Shown one piece after another: positions 38,665 through 49,576 of a stretch of 64,000 bases of DNA. The notes beneath the pieces are model-generated. The model did not search any database. It was not told where the DNA came from and worked only from the letters and a program-made list of their open reading frames with translations. The translations under genes and the position numbers were made by a program. This DNA is from Candidatus Limnocylindria bacterium. Lineage in GTDB: Bacteria > Chloroflexota > Limnocylindria > Limnocylindrales > CSP1-4. The number at the start of each line of letters is the position of its first letter. The stretch's first letter is position 1. The stretch lies in the NCBI GenBank assembly GCA_046566045.1, contig JBKHXL010000039.1:10953-74952 (forward strand), given 5' to 3'.

Positions 38665-40761
38665 TCAGTGGCCGCCGCCGTGGCCGCCGGCCGCCTCGAG
38701 TTCCTTGCGGTGCGCCTCGATGACCTTCTCGGCGATGTGGGAGGGCACGTCCTCGTAGTGGTCGAAGGTCATGGTGAACGAGCCGCGACCGTGGGCCAGC
38801 GAGCGGAGCTCGGTGGCGTACGAGAACAGCTCCGCCTGTGGGACGTGTGCCGTGATGACCTGCATGCCGTCCTGGACGTCCACGCCGAGGACCCTGCCGC
38901 GCCGGCCGTTCAGGTCGCGGTTGACCTCGCCCAGGTACGCCTCGGGCACACGGATCTCGACCGCCATGATCGGCTCCATCAGGGCCGGCTTCGCCTGGTG
39001 GACCCCGTCCTTGAGGGCCATCGATGCGGCGATCTTGAACGACAGCTCGTTCGAGTCGACCGGATGGAACGATCCGTCGTAGAGCGTCGCCTTGATGTCG
39101 GACAGCGGGTAGCCGGCGACGACACCCTCGGCCGCGGCCTCGCGGATGCCCTTCTCGACGCCGGCGAAGAAGCCCTTGGGCACGGCCCCGCCGACGACGC
39201 GCTCGGCGAACTCGACCCCGCCATCAGGGTTCGGGGCGAGCTCCAGCCACACGTCGCCGAACATGCCGTGGCCGCCGGTCTGCTTCTTGTAGCGGCCGTG
39301 GACCTGGGTCGTCCCGCGGATCGTCTCCTTGTACGGCACCTTGGGCGTGTGGGTGGCGACGGCCGCCCCGAACTTGCGCTTGAGGCGCTCGATGATGACC
39401 TGGGTGTGGGCCTCGCCCATGGTCACGAGGACCTGCTCGCCCAGCGCGGTGCGCTCCAGCCGCACGGTCGGCTCCTCCTCGAGCATGCGCTGGAGGGCCG
39501 GCCCCATCTTGTCCAGGTCCTGCTTCGAGACGGGCTCGATGGCGACGACGAGCGAGGGCTCCGGGAATGCCATGTCGGGCAGGCACAGCCAGCGCTCCTT
39601 GCTGGCCAGCGTGTCGCCGGTCTCGGTCACGGTCAGCTTGGCGACGGCGCCGATCTCGCCGGCCTTGAGCTCGCCGATCGGCTCCTGCTCCTTGCCGTGC
39701 AGCAGGAGCAGCTGGCCGATGCGCTCGTCCTCGTCGCGCGACGTGTTCCACACGTGGGCCTGCGAGCGGAGCGTGCCCGACAGGACGCGCAGGTAGGTCA
39801 GCCGGCCGACGAACGGGTCGGCCGTGGTCTTGAACACGCGGACGACGAGCGGACCGTCCTCGCTGGGCGGGACATCGACCGCCGCCCCGGTCCTGTCCAG
39901 CGCGCGCACCGGGGGCTCGTCCGCCGGCGAGGGGAGGTAGCGGACGATCGCGTCGAGCAGGCCGCGCAGCTCGATCCCCTTGGCCGCCGAACCCACGAGG
40001 ACCGGGGCGAGGACGCTGTCCTTCACCCCCTTGCGCAGGCAGACCTCGAGCTCCTGGTCGGAGATCTCCTCGCCCTCGAGGTACTTGGTCATGACGTCGT
40101 CGTCGGCCTCCGACGCCGCCTCGAGCAGCTCGTCGCGCCGGCGCGCCACCTCGTCCGCCATGTCGTCCGGGATGGGGATCTCGACCTCGTCGCGGCCGTC
40201 CCAGCGATAGGCCTTGCGGTGGACCAGGTCGACGTAGCCGCTGAACGAGTCGGCCGCCCCGATGGCCAGCTGGATGGCGGCGATCTTGGTGCCGAACGTC
40301 GTTCGCAGGGCGTCCAGCGCAGCCGTCGGATCGGCATGCTCCCGATCGCACTTGTTGATGAAGAAGCACGCGGCGGTGCCGGTCGAGCGGCCCAGCCGGA
40401 CCGCCTGCTCGAGCCCGGCCTCGACCCCGCCCGAGGCGTCCATCACGAACAGCGCGCCGTCGGCCGCGGCGAAGCCCTCGATGACGTCGGCGATGAAGTC
40501 CGGGTAGCCGGGCGTGTCGACCAGCGAGATGCGGGTGCCGTCGTACTCGAACGTGCCGACCGCGAGGCTGAGCGACTCGCGCCGCTTCTGCTCCTCGGGC
40601 TCGAAGTCCAGGTGGGCCGTGCCGTCGTCCACGCGACCCAGTCGCGGGATGGCTCCTGCCTTGTACATGAGCTGCTCGGCGAGCGTCGTCTTGCCGGCCC
40701 CGACATGGCCCGCGAGGACGACGCTGCGAAGGTGGGGCAGGTCGACGGTCTTCATCGTCAT
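38665..40761 (-). CDS. Elongation factor G paralogue (EF-G2-like)
   Basis: GHVGAGKTT, DTPGY, NKCD, YKKQTGGHG, DGSFHPVDS. Switch I RRESL replaces RGITI; not in an rpsL-rpsG operon. Confidence 0.9.
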   Translation of the reverse strand: MTMKTVDLPHLRSVVLAGHVGAGKTTLAEQLMYKAGAIPRLGRVDDGTAHLDFEPEEQKRRESLSLAVGTFEYDGTRISLVDTPGYPDFIADVIEGFAAADGALFVMDASGGVEAGLEQAVRLGRSTGTAACFFINKCDREHADPTAALDALRTTFGTKIAAIQLAIGAADSFSGYVDLVHRKAYRWDGRDEVEIPIPDDMADEVARRRDELLEAASEADDDVMTKYLEGEEISDQELEVCLRKGVKDSVLAPVLVGSAAKGIELRGLLDAIVRYLPSPADEPPVRALDRTGAAVDVPPSEDGPLVVRVFKTTADPFVGRLTYLRVLSGTLRSQAHVWNTSRDEDERIGQLLLLHGKEQEPIGELKAGEIGAVAKLTVTETGDTLASKERWLCLPDMAFPEPSLVVAIEPVSKQDLDKMGPALQRMLEEEPTVRLERTALGEQVLVTMGEAHTQVIIERLKRKFGAAVATHTPKVPYKETIRGTTQVHGRYKKQTGGHGMFGDVWLELAPNPDGGVEFAERVVGGAVPKGFFAGVEKGIREAAAEGVVAGYPLSDIKATLYDGSFHPVDSNELSFKIAASMALKDGVHQAKPALMEPIMAVEIRVPEAYLGEVNRDLNGRRGRVLGVDVQDGMQVITAHVPQAELFSYATELRSLAHGRGSFTMTFDHYEDVPSHIAEKVIEAHRKELEAAGGHGGGH

Positions 40762-40835
40762 CGGCGTGAACGGTCCTCCTCTGGAACGTTGCGACCGGGG
40801 TCCGGCCATGATAGTCGGCTATACTCCCGCCCGCG

Positions 40836-41588
40836 ATGTCCGGTCACTCCAAGTGGTCCACGATCAAGCGCCAGAAGGGCGCCAACGACGCCAAGCGCGG
40901 CGCCCTGTTCACCAAGGTCGCGCGCGAGATCAGCGTCGCCGCGCGCCAGGGGGGCGGCGACCCCGACGCCAACTACCGGCTGCGTCTGGCGATCGAGAAG
41001 GCGCGCTCGGTCAACATGCCCGCCGACAACATCAAGCGCACGATCGACAAGGCGACCGGCGGCGGCGACGCCGAGGAGTACGAGGAGATCGTGTACGAGG
41101 GCTACGGCCCGGGCGGCGTCGCCATCCTCGTCGAGGCCCAGACCGACAACCGCAACCGGACGGCGGCCGAGGTCCGCTCGATGTTCACCAAGAGCGGCGG
41201 CCAGCTGGCCGGCAGCGGCGCCGTGGCCTGGCAGTTCGAGCCACGCGGCCTCATCGCGGTCGCGCGCGACGGCGTCGACGCCGACGAGGTGGCGCTGGCC
41301 GCCATCGATGCCGGCGCGGAGGACGTGGACACCGACGACGACGAGACGATCGAGATCTACACCTCGCCCGGTGACCTCGAGGCCGTTCGGCAGGCGCTCG
41401 AGACGTCGGGCGTCCCGGTCGAGTCGGCGGAGCAGACGATGGTCGCCAGGCAGACCGTCGAGCTCGATTCGACCAGGGCCCGCCAGGCGCTCCGCCTGGT
41501 CGAGCTGCTCGAGGACCTCGACGACGTGTCGCGCGTCACCGCCAACTTCGACATCCCCGAGGACGTCTACGCCGAGGTCGCCGGGTGA
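40836..41588 (+). CDS. yebC: YebC/PmpR family protein
   Basis: [30 protein letters not shown]. Confidence 0.96.
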   Translation: MSGHSKWSTIKRQKGANDAKRGALFTKVAREISVAARQGGGDPDANYRLRLAIEKARSVNMPADNIKRTIDKATGGGDAEEYEEIVYEGYGPGGVAILVEAQTDNRNRTAAEVRSMFTKSGGQLAGSGAVAWQFEPRGLIAVARDGVDADEVALAAIDAGAEDVDTDDDETIEIYTSPGDLEAVRQALETSGVPVESAEQTMVARQTVELDSTRARQALRLVELLEDLDDVSRVTANFDIPEDVYAEVAG

Positions 41589-42205
41589 GGGTCCTCGGGA
41601 TCGACCCGGGGACCGCAGCGCTGGGCTACGGCATCGTCGAGGTGACCCGCGGCGGATTGCGCGAGGTCGATCACGGCTGCCTGGTGACGAGTCCCGACGA
41701 CGGCCTGCCCCAGCGCCTGCTGGCCATCCACGCCGTCGTCGACGATCTGCTCGCCCTCCACCAGCCGGAGATCGTGGCCGTGGAGCGACTGTTCTTCTCG
41801 CGCAACGTGCAGACCGCGCTCGGCGTCGGGCAGGCGCGCGGGGTCGTGCTGCTGGCCGCGGCCCAGCACGGCGTGCCGATCCGCGAGGCCACTCCCAACG
41901 AGGTCAAGTCGGCGATCGCCGGGTACGGAGCCGCCGACAAGGCCCAGGTCCAGCGGATGGTCCAGGTCGTGCTCGGGATGGACGCGCTGCCCACGCCGGA
42001 CGACGCGGCCGACGCCCTGGCCATCGCCGTCTGGTGCGCCAACACCATGACCTCCGCGGTCGGGGCCGCCACGGCCGGCGTGCTCGATCGCGCGGCCGCC
42101 GCGCCGATCACCCGCGGGAGCTCGTCGTACGAGCGGGCCGTGCACGACGCCATCGCCCGTGAGCGGTCCGGCGGCGCGCGCTCAGGCCGGCGTCCCGCCT
42201 CGTGA
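41585..42205 (+). CDS. ruvC: Holliday junction resolvase
   Basis: [31 protein letters not shown]. Confidence 0.96.
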   Translation: MRVLGIDPGTAALGYGIVEVTRGGLREVDHGCLVTSPDDGLPQRLLAIHAVVDDLLALHQPEIVAVERLFFSRNVQTALGVGQARGVVLLAAAQHGVPIREATPNEVKSAIAGYGAADKAQVQRMVQVVLGMDALPTPDDAADALAIAVWCANTMTSAVGAATAGVLDRAAAAPITRGSSSYERAVHDAIARERSGGARSGRRPAS

Positions 42206-42795
42206 TCGCCTCGGTCGAGGGCGTCGTCGGGGCCATCGCCGCCGATTCGCTGGTCATCGAGGTCGGCGGCATCGGCTATCGCGTGTTCGCCGCCCCGGCG
42301 ATCCTCGCCACGGCGACCCAGGGTGGCCGGCTCAAGCTGCACACGTACCACCTCGTGCGCGAGGACCAGCAGGCGCTCTACGGCTTCCGGACCGCGGAGG
42401 AGCTCGGCTTCTTCAACCTGCTCCTGACCGTCACCGGGGTCGGGCCCAAGGTGGCCCTCGCCATCGTCGGCTCGCGACCGACGGCCGACCTGCAGCTGGC
42501 GATCATGACCGGCGATCAGGCCGTGCTGGTGAGCATCCCGGGCATCGGCAAGAAGCTGGCCGAGCGGGTCATCTTCGAGCTCAAGGAGAAGGTCGCGGCC
42601 GCGGGCGTCGCCGCGAGCGGGAGCGTGACCGGGGTCGGTGCCGCGGAGAGCGAGGTCGTGGCCGCGCTCCAGGCCCTCGGCTACTCCCTCGGCGAGGCGC
42701 GCGACGCGTCGCGAACCGCACTGGCCGATGCGACCATCGGCGGCACGCTGGAGGACCGGGTCAAGGCCGCGCTTCGGACGCTCCTGCGCGACTGA
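42202..42795 (+). CDS. ruvA: Holliday junction branch migration protein RuvA
   Basis: [43 protein letters not shown]. Confidence 0.96.
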   Translation: MIASVEGVVGAIAADSLVIEVGGIGYRVFAAPAILATATQGGRLKLHTYHLVREDQQALYGFRTAEELGFFNLLLTVTGVGPKVALAIVGSRPTADLQLAIMTGDQAVLVSIPGIGKKLAERVIFELKEKVAAAGVAASGSVTGVGAAESEVVAALQALGYSLGEARDASRTALADATIGGTLEDRVKAALRTLLRD

Positions 42796-42808
42796 CCGGG
42801 GACCGGGG

Positions 42809-43285
42809 TCAGGGCCGCCGGCCGGCCAGAGCGTCGGCGTGCAGCCCGCGTGGGTCGATCGACGCTCGGCCCGTCCGCGCGGCGAGGTCGCGCAGGGTCT
42901 CCCTGTCGAGGATGGCGAGCATCGCATCACGCACGTCGATCATCACGTCGCGCAGCGGACAGACAGCCTCGTCTAGGCACGAGCACGACTCGTAGTAGCG
43001 CAGCGACACGCAGGGCAGGGGAGCGAGCGCCCCGTCGAGGAGCCGCACCACCCGGCCGATGGACACCGTCCCGGGATCGGTCGCGATGGCGTACCCACCG
43101 TGCGCGCCGAGGGTCGTCCGGACGATCCCGCCGTGCTTGAGCGTGGCCATGATCTGCTCCAGGAACTTCTGGGGCAGGTTGTTGCGCTGGGCCAGGGCGG
43201 CGAGCGGGATCGGCCCGGAGCCGTCGTGACGGACGAGGTCCACGAGGGCGCGCAGGCCATACTCGGAGCGGCGGGACAGGCGCAT
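42809..43285 (-). CDS. Rrf2 family transcriptional regulator (Cys-bearing)
   Basis: MRLSRRSEYGLRAL, FLEQIMATLK, GAHGGY, PCVS...CSC...VCPL. Confidence 0.92.
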   Translation of the reverse strand: MRLSRRSEYGLRALVDLVRHDGSGPIPLAALAQRNNLPQKFLEQIMATLKHGGIVRTTLGAHGGYAIATDPGTVSIGRVVRLLDGALAPLPCVSLRYYESCSCLDEAVCPLRDVMIDVRDAMLAILDRETLRDLAARTGRASIDPRGLHADALAGRRP

Positions 43286-43385
43286 GCCGGGCATCGTAGT
43301 CGGGAATGCCTAGTCGTGTGGTGGCCATTCGACACGGGCCGCATCCGCTCGCGCGGGACGTCGCCGCTCGCGCGCGACCGATTCA

Positions 43386-43397
43386 GAACACGCGTGC
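43386..43397 (+). promoter_or_regulatory. Possible LexA (SOS) box upstream of ruvB
   Basis: GAAC-ACGC-GTGC, one mismatch from GAAC-N4-GTTC, at the -35 position relative to TACCAT 43417-43422. Confidence 0.4.
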
Positions 43398-43430
43398 GAT
43401 ATGGCCCGACGCGTGCTACCATCCGTCGCG

Positions 43431-44522
43431 ATGGTCGACGACATCTCGCGCATCGTCTCCGCGGGTCCCGACGAGGTCGACGGGGTGGTCGAGGGCAGCC
43501 TGCGGCCGACCAGCCTGGCCGAGTACATCGGGCAGCACGAGGTCAAATCGAATCTGGCCGTCCTGCTCCAGGCCGCGCGCCAGCGCGAGGAGGCCGCCGA
43601 CCACATCCTGCTGTACGGGCCGCCGGGCCTGGGCAAGACGACGCTGGCCACGATCGTGGCGCGCGAGCTGGGCGTCAACGTCCGCTACACGTCCGGCCCG
43701 GCCATCGAGCGGGCAGGGGACCTGGCCGCGATCCTGACCTCGCTGGACGAGCGCGACGTCCTGTTCATCGACGAGGTCCATCGCCTGAACCGGGCGGTCG
43801 AGGAGATCCTGTACCCGGCGATGGAGGACTACGCCCTCGACGTCATGATCGGCAAGGGCCCGTCGGCGCGCAGCCTGCGGCTCAGCCTCAAGCCGTTCAC
43901 CGTCGTCGGGGCCACGACGCGGGCCGGACGGATCAGCTCGCCGCTGCGCGACCGTTTCGGGGCGACCTATCGGCTCGACTTCTACACCGAGGGCGAGCTG
44001 ACCGAGATCGTCGAGCGCTCGGCCGACATCCTCGGTGTCCAGATCGATCCGGCCGCCTCGCGCGCGATCGCCCGTCGGGGCCGAGGCACGCCGCGCATCG
44101 TCAACCGGCTGCTCAAGCGGGTGCGCGACCACGCGGAAGTGCATGGCGACGGGCGCGTGGACGAGCGGACCGCGACCGAGGCGATGCGCCGGATGGAGAT
44201 CGACGACGAAGGCCTCGACTCGGCCGACCGGAAGCTGCTGGCGGCCATCGTCCAGAAGTTCGGTTCCGGGCCCGTCGGCGTGGCCGCCCTAGCGGCCGTC
44301 CTGGCCGAGGAGGTGGACACCATCGAGGACGTCCACGAGCCGTTCATGCTCCGCCTCGGGTTCATGGACCGCACCCCGCAGGGACGGATCGTGACCGACC
44401 TCGGACGGGCACACCTGTCCGCCCTCGGGTACGAGATCCCGCCGCCGCGCCGGACCGACACCGGGTTGCCTGGCCTGTGGGACGAGCCCCCGGCGGCCGA
44501 ACCGCCCGCGGACGCCTCGTGA
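43431..44522 (+). CDS. ruvB: Holliday junction branch migration ATPase RuvB
   Basis: [36 protein letters not shown]. Confidence 0.97.
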   Translation: MVDDISRIVSAGPDEVDGVVEGSLRPTSLAEYIGQHEVKSNLAVLLQAARQREEAADHILLYGPPGLGKTTLATIVARELGVNVRYTSGPAIERAGDLAAILTSLDERDVLFIDEVHRLNRAVEEILYPAMEDYALDVMIGKGPSARSLRLSLKPFTVVGATTRAGRISSPLRDRFGATYRLDFYTEGELTEIVERSADILGVQIDPAASRAIARRGRGTPRIVNRLLKRVRDHAEVHGDGRVDERTATEAMRRMEIDDEGLDSADRKLLAAIVQKFGSGPVGVAALAAVLAEEVDTIEDVHEPFMLRLGFMDRTPQGRIVTDLGRAHLSALGYEIPPPRRTDTGLPGLWDEPPAAEPPADAS

Positions 44523-45694
44523 CCGCGGCCTTCGCTTCCACGGCGGCCCGCTACGAGGTCACCGTGCCGCCCCCGGCCGACGGCTCCACCCGGGCCCGCG
44601 CGGGGGTCCTGCACCTGCGCCACGGCACGGTCGAGACCCCGCAGTTCATGCCGGTCGGGACGAACGCCACGGTCAAGGCGCTGACGCCGGCGGAGATCCG
44701 CGAGACCGGCGCCTCGATCATCCTGGCGAATACCTACCACCTCTACCTGCGCCCCGGCCACGAGCGCATCGAGCGACTCGGCGGCCTCCACCGGTTCATG
44801 GACTGGGACGGCCCGATCCTGACCGACTCCGGCGGGTTCCAGGTCGTGTCACTCGGCGACCTGCGGGTGGTGGACGAGGACGGCGTGACGTTCCGATCGC
44901 ACATCGACGGCTCCGTCCATCGCTTCACCGCCGAGCGCGCCATCGCCGTCCAGGAGGCGCTCGGGTCGGACGTGGCCGTCGCCTTCGACCAGCCGGTCTT
45001 CCCGAGCTCGCCGCGCGCGGTCGTCGCCGACGCCACCGAGCGCACCCAGCGCTGGGCCGAGCGCTCGCTGGCCGCCCATACGCGGTCGGACCAGGCCCTG
45101 TTCGGGATCGTCCAGGGCGGCCTCGATCCCGAGCTGCGGGCGGCCTCGACCCGGGCCATCGCCGCGCTGCCGTTCGACGGGATCTGCATCGGTGGGCTGG
45201 CGGGCGATGAGACCGCGGACGAGCGCGCCGCCGCCCTCGACGTCGCGGTGCCCCTCCTGGCCGCCGACCCCCGGGTGCGCTACCTCATGGGCCTCGGTTC
45301 GCCGGCCGACCTGCTCGACGCGGTCCATCGCGGCATCGACGTGTTCGACAGCGTGCTGCCGGCCCGCGTCGCCCGCAACGGGCAGCTGTGGGTCCCGGGC
45401 GGCCGTCTCAACATCCGGAACCAGCGCTTCCTGGACGACGGGGCGCCGGTCCAGGAGGACTGTCCGTGCCTCCTCTGCCGCCACTTCTCGAGGGCGTACC
45501 TGGCCCACCTGTTCCGCGCCCGGGAGCTGCTCGCGTACCGGCTCGCGACTTGTCACAACCTGACCTTCACCCTAGACTTCATGGTCAGGATCCGTGCTTC
45601 CATCCGGGCCGGAACGTTCCCCGCCGACATGTCCGAACTGCGCGTTCGCGCGGGCCGGATACGCGGCGGTGCAGCGACCGAGAAGTCCGCGTGA
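44519..45694 (+). CDS. tgt: tRNA-guanine transglycosylase
   Basis: [39 protein letters not shown]...HNL zinc site. Confidence 0.95.
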   Translation: MTAAFASTAARYEVTVPPPADGSTRARAGVLHLRHGTVETPQFMPVGTNATVKALTPAEIRETGASIILANTYHLYLRPGHERIERLGGLHRFMDWDGPILTDSGGFQVVSLGDLRVVDEDGVTFRSHIDGSVHRFTAERAIAVQEALGSDVAVAFDQPVFPSSPRAVVADATERTQRWAERSLAAHTRSDQALFGIVQGGLDPELRAASTRAIAALPFDGICIGGLAGDETADERAAALDVAVPLLAADPRVRYLMGLGSPADLLDAVHRGIDVFDSVLPARVARNGQLWVPGGRLNIRNQRFLDDGAPVQEDCPCLLCRHFSRAYLAHLFRARELLAYRLATCHNLTFTLDFMVRIRASIRAGTFPADMSELRVRAGRIRGGAATEKSA

Positions 45695-45736
45695 AGGCCC
45701 GGCCGTCAGGCTGCATGTCACATCGGAGGCGACGCG

Positions 45737-45901
45737 ATGGGCTCGCGGGATCGACCCAGCAAGGAAGCCAAGAAGAAGCCGAAGGCCAAGCTCGGCCAGC
45801 CGAGCCTGTCGCCGCTGTCGGAGCCGCCCCAGAACGTGGAGCTGATCCGGAAGCCGCGAAAGGAACGGCGCGTCGTCGAGGAAGAGACCGAAGAGGGCTG
45901 A
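45737..45901 (+). CDS. Small charged hypothetical protein (54 aa), absent from the ORF track
   Basis: GGAGG RBS at 45725; MGSRDRPSKEAKKKPKAKLGQPSLSPLSEPPQNVELIRKPRKERRVVEEETEEG; G/C-ending codons. Confidence 0.7.
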   Translation: MGSRDRPSKEAKKKPKAKLGQPSLSPLSEPPQNVELIRKPRKERRVVEEETEEG

Positions 45902-45970
45902 TCGCCCGGTCGGATGCCGTCGTGGCCCGCGCCGCCGATCGAGCCGATCGATGAGGAGCGTGAGGAACGG

Positions 45971-47026
45971 ATGGCGATGACCGACGAGAAGGCCGCCGAG
46001 CGGGCGGTCGCGGAGCGCAGCAAGGCGGTCGACGTCGCGCTGCTGGCGATCGAGAAGCAATTCGGCCGCGGGGCCATCATGAAGCTCGGGTCGTCCGAGC
46101 GGCAGGCGGTGGACTCCATCCCGACCGGCTCGATCGCGCTCGACCTGGCGCTCGGCGTCGGGGGCATCCCGCGCGGCCGCATCACCGAGATCTTCGGCCC
46201 CGAGTCGTCGGGCAAGACGACCGTCTGCCAGCACGTCCTCGCCGAGGCCCAGGCGCGCGGCGGCGTGGTCGCGTTCATCGATGTCGAGCACGCGCTCGAT
46301 CCGGCCTACGCCCGCGCGTGCGGCGTCAACGTCGACGAGCTCCTCGTGTCGCAGCCGGACACCGGCGAGCAGGCCCTCGAGATCACCGAGACCCTCATCC
46401 GCTCCGGCGGCATCGACTGCGTCGTCGTGGACTCCGTCGCGGCGCTCGTGCCGCGGGCCGAGATCGAGGGCGAGATGGGTGACTCGTTCGTCGGCATCCA
46501 GGCCCGGCTCATGAGCCAGGCCCTGCGCAAGCTGACCGGCGCCGTGTCGCGCAGCAACACCGCGCTCATCTTCACGAACCAGCTGCGCGAGAAGATCGGG
46601 GTCATGTTCGGGAACCCGGAGACCACCCCGGGCGGCCGCGCCCTGAAGTTCTACGCCTCGGTACGCCTCGACATCCGCCGTGTGGAGACGATCAAGACCG
46701 GGACGGAGTCGGTCGGCAACCGGGCCCGCGTCAAGGTCGTGAAGAACAAGGTCGCGGCGCCGTTCCGGGTGGCCGAGTTCGACATCATGTACGGCGAGGG
46801 CATCTCCAAGGAGGGCGGCCTGCTCGACGTCGGCGTGGCGATGGACGTCGTGTCGAAGACGGGGGCCTGGTTCAACTTCGGCGACGTCCGGCTCGGCCAG
46901 GGTCGCGAGGCGTCCAAGGAGTTCCTCAAGGGCAGCCCGGCCATCGCCGCCGACATCGATCGCCGCATCCGGGGCAAGATCACCGAGGTCGCCATCCCGG
47001 TGGAGGGCATCGAGGAAGCCGAGTAG
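45971..47026 (+). CDS. recA: Recombinase RecA
   Basis: [38 protein letters not shown]. Confidence 0.98.
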   Translation: MAMTDEKAAERAVAERSKAVDVALLAIEKQFGRGAIMKLGSSERQAVDSIPTGSIALDLALGVGGIPRGRITEIFGPESSGKTTVCQHVLAEAQARGGVVAFIDVEHALDPAYARACGVNVDELLVSQPDTGEQALEITETLIRSGGIDCVVVDSVAALVPRAEIEGEMGDSFVGIQARLMSQALRKLTGAVSRSNTALIFTNQLREKIGVMFGNPETTPGGRALKFYASVRLDIRRVETIKTGTESVGNRARVKVVKNKVAAPFRVAEFDIMYGEGISKEGGLLDVGVAMDVVSKTGAWFNFGDVRLGQGREASKEFLKGSPAIAADIDRRIRGKITEVAIPVEGIEEAE

Positions 47027-47032
47027 GCCGGC

Positions 47033-47644
47033 GTGGCGGGCCGACGCCGCGAGTCGTTCGCCGAGGCCCGCGCTCGCCGCGGCGCCGTCGATGACCCGGC
47101 CGTCGTGCTCGAGGCGGCCGCCCGGTTCCTGGAGGCACGCTCACGGTCGGTCCAGGAGGTCCGCCGGCGCCTGACCGGTGCCGGCTACCGGCCGGAGCTC
47201 GTCGAGGCTGCGATCGGCCGGCTGACCGAGCTCGGCATGCTCGACGACGCCGTCTTCGCCCAGGCCTGGGTGGAGTCGCGCGACCGGGCTCGACCGCGAG
47301 GCGAGCGCGCCATCCGCGAGGAACTGCGCACCAGGGGGATCGACCGGTCGGTGGTCGATGACGTCCTCGACGCGCGCCGGGTCGCTGCGTTCGACCAGAC
47401 CGCCGACGAGGACGACCGGCGTGCCCCGGTGTCGGCCGATCGGGCTGCCGCGGAGCGGCTCTTGGCCCGCCACGCCAGGACCCTGGCCCGGATCGACGAT
47501 GTCCGCCGCCGGCGGCAGCGCGCGTACGCCCTGCTCGCCCGCAACGGCTTCGATCCCGAGACGTGCCGCGAGGCGGCGGCGACGGTCATCGGCGCGGCGG
47601 ACGAGCCGGCGGACGAGCCGGCGGACGAGGGAGATGAGGCCTGA
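47033..47644 (+). CDS. recX: Regulatory protein RecX
   Basis: RSRSVQEVRRRL, LDDAVFA, ELRTRGI, LARNGF; follows recA. Confidence 0.88.
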   Translation: MAGRRRESFAEARARRGAVDDPAVVLEAAARFLEARSRSVQEVRRRLTGAGYRPELVEAAIGRLTELGMLDDAVFAQAWVESRDRARPRGERAIREELRTRGIDRSVVDDVLDARRVAAFDQTADEDDRRAPVSADRAAAERLLARHARTLARIDDVRRRRQRAYALLARNGFDPETCREAAATVIGAADEPADEPADEGDEA

Positions 47645-47689
47645 GCGGACCCGCGATGCGACCGACGGGCACCGTCGCGCAACCGTTGG

Positions 47690-47718
47690 TTGACCCTCCG
47701 CCCCCTCGGCCCTAGGCT
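47690..47718 (+). promoter_or_regulatory. Sigma70-type promoter upstream of rny
   Basis: TTGACC-17 bp-TAGGCT. Confidence 0.7.
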
Positions 47719-47933
47719 ACCGACAGACCGAAGCGCGCCGCCAGCGAGGCGGCGCACCCGACCCAGCCTGGCGCTCGATCGCGGCCCTCCAGGGGGATCT
47801 GCCGTCAGCCAGGCGGGATGCTGGCCGGTCCTCGCACGGGCGAGGCCGCTCCGTCGCTCCCGCCGCGCGATCCGCGCCGCTCAGTGCATCGACACGTCCG
47901 GCCGCACGAATCGGTCCGGGCGGGAGGAGCCGA

Positions 47934-49463
47934 ATGGACAACCTCATCATCCTGGCTGTGGCCGTCGTGGCCGCGGCCGGCGGAGCCCTACTCGGCGCCC
48001 TGCTCCGCAGCATGTGGGCCTCCCAGACGATGAAGGCCGCCCAGGCCGAGGCCCGCCGCATCGAGGCCGAGGCCCGCGCGCGCCAGAAGGAGCTCATCCT
48101 CGAGGCCAAGGACGAGAAGCTCCGGCTCGGTCGGGAGGCCGAGGAGGAGGCCCGGGCTCGGCGCAACGAGCTCAACGCCCAGGAGCGCCGTCTGGTCGCC
48201 CGGGACGAGCAACTCGACCAGCGCGCCGAGACGCTCGAGGCGCGCGACCGCAAGCTGATCGAGCGCGAGCGCGACCTGGAGAAGACGCGCGACGAGCTGG
48301 CCCGCGCCCAGCAGGACCACATCGCCGCCCTGGAGCGCGTGTCGGGGATGTCGGCCGACGACGCCAAGGCCGTGCTGCTCGAGGCCGTCCGGGCCGAGGC
48401 CGAGCACGACGCCGTCAAGCTCGCCCGGGCCATCGAGCGGGCCGCCCGCGAGGACGCCCAGGACCGCGCCCGGGACATCGTCATCACCGCCATGCAGCGG
48501 GTCGCCGCGGACCACACGGCCGAGCACACCGTGAGCGTCGTCCACCTGCCGAGCGACGAGATGAAGGGCCGGATCATCGGCCGCGAGGGACGCAACATCC
48601 GGGCTCTCGAGCAGGCCACGGGCGTGGACCTGATCATCGACGACACACCCGAGACGGTCGTCCTGTCCGGCTTCGACCCGGTCCGCCGCGAGGTGGCCCG
48701 CATCTCGATCACCAAGCTCATCGCCGACGGCCGCATCCACCCGGGTCGCATCGAGGAGGTCGTCGCCAAGGCCCGCGCCGAGGTCGACCTGACGATGCGC
48801 CAGGCCGGCGAGCAGGCGGCCTACGACGCGGGCGTGCCGGGGCTCCCGGCCGAGATCATCAAGCTCCTCGGCAGGCTCAAGTACCGGACCAGCTACGGCC
48901 AGAACGTGCTCAACCACTCGATCGAGACGAGCAACCTGGCCGCGGTCATCGCGGCCGAGATCGGTGCCGACGTGCAGATCGCCAAGATGGGCGGCCTGCT
49001 CCACGACATCGGCAAGGCCGTGGACCACGAGGTGGAGGGCCCGCACGCCGCCATCGGCGCCCAGATCGCCCAGCGCCACAACCTGCCGTTCAAGGTCATC
49101 AACGGCATCGCCGCGCACCACCAGGAGGTCGAATACGCCTGCCTGGAGGCGCCGATCGTCCAGGTGGCCGACGCGATCAGCGCGTCGCGGCCGGGTGCCC
49201 GCGGCGAGGCGATGGATACCTACGTCAAGCGACTCGAGGACCTGCAGGCGATCGCCGAGAGCTTCACCGGCGTGGAGCGCTCGTTCGCCGTCCAGGCCGG
49301 GCGCGAGGTGCGCATCCTCGTCCGCCCCGAGGAGATCGACGATCTGACGGCCAGCCGCCTGGCCCGCGACATCGTCAAGAAGATCGAGGAACAGCTGACC
49401 TACCCGGGCCAGATCAAGGTGACGGTCATCCGCGAGACGCGGGCCGTGGAGTACGCGAAGTAG
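47934..49463 (+). CDS. rny: Ribonuclease Y
   Basis: N-terminal TM, coiled coil, KH domain [15 protein letters not shown] domain [18 protein letters not shown]. Confidence 0.97.
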   Translation: MDNLIILAVAVVAAAGGALLGALLRSMWASQTMKAAQAEARRIEAEARARQKELILEAKDEKLRLGREAEEEARARRNELNAQERRLVARDEQLDQRAETLEARDRKLIERERDLEKTRDELARAQQDHIAALERVSGMSADDAKAVLLEAVRAEAEHDAVKLARAIERAAREDAQDRARDIVITAMQRVAADHTAEHTVSVVHLPSDEMKGRIIGREGRNIRALEQATGVDLIIDDTPETVVLSGFDPVRREVARISITKLIADGRIHPGRIEEVVAKARAEVDLTMRQAGEQAAYDAGVPGLPAEIIKLLGRLKYRTSYGQNVLNHSIETSNLAAVIAAEIGADVQIAKMGGLLHDIGKAVDHEVEGPHAAIGAQIAQRHNLPFKVINGIAAHHQEVEYACLEAPIVQVADAISASRPGARGEAMDTYVKRLEDLQAIAESFTGVERSFAVQAGREVRILVRPEEIDDLTASRLARDIVKKIEEQLTYPGQIKVTVIRETRAVEYAK

Positions 49464-49576
49464 GCGGCTCCCGGACGGCCGGCGAGGACGAGGGCCAGGG
49501 CCCGATCGGCCGCACCCGACTCGGGAATCCGGCCAACGGCGATGCGCCGCGGCCGAGGGGCGCCTGCCGCGTCCTG

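Noticed and set aside
38668-42162. Very long alternative ORFs (e.g. 1164 aa here, 1249 aa at 59901-63650, 906 aa at 19989-22709)
   Set aside because: Shadow frames of real genes caused by stop-codon scarcity at high GC; no recognisable motifs.
45634-45648. CGAAC-TGCGC-GTTCG as a LexA box for recA
   Set aside because: The spacer is 5 nt rather than 4 and it lies inside tgt; not supportable without comparative data.
47725-47916. 6S RNA call for the rny leader
   Set aside because: Visible pairing is multibranched rather than a long rod with a central bubble; left as an unassigned structured leader.
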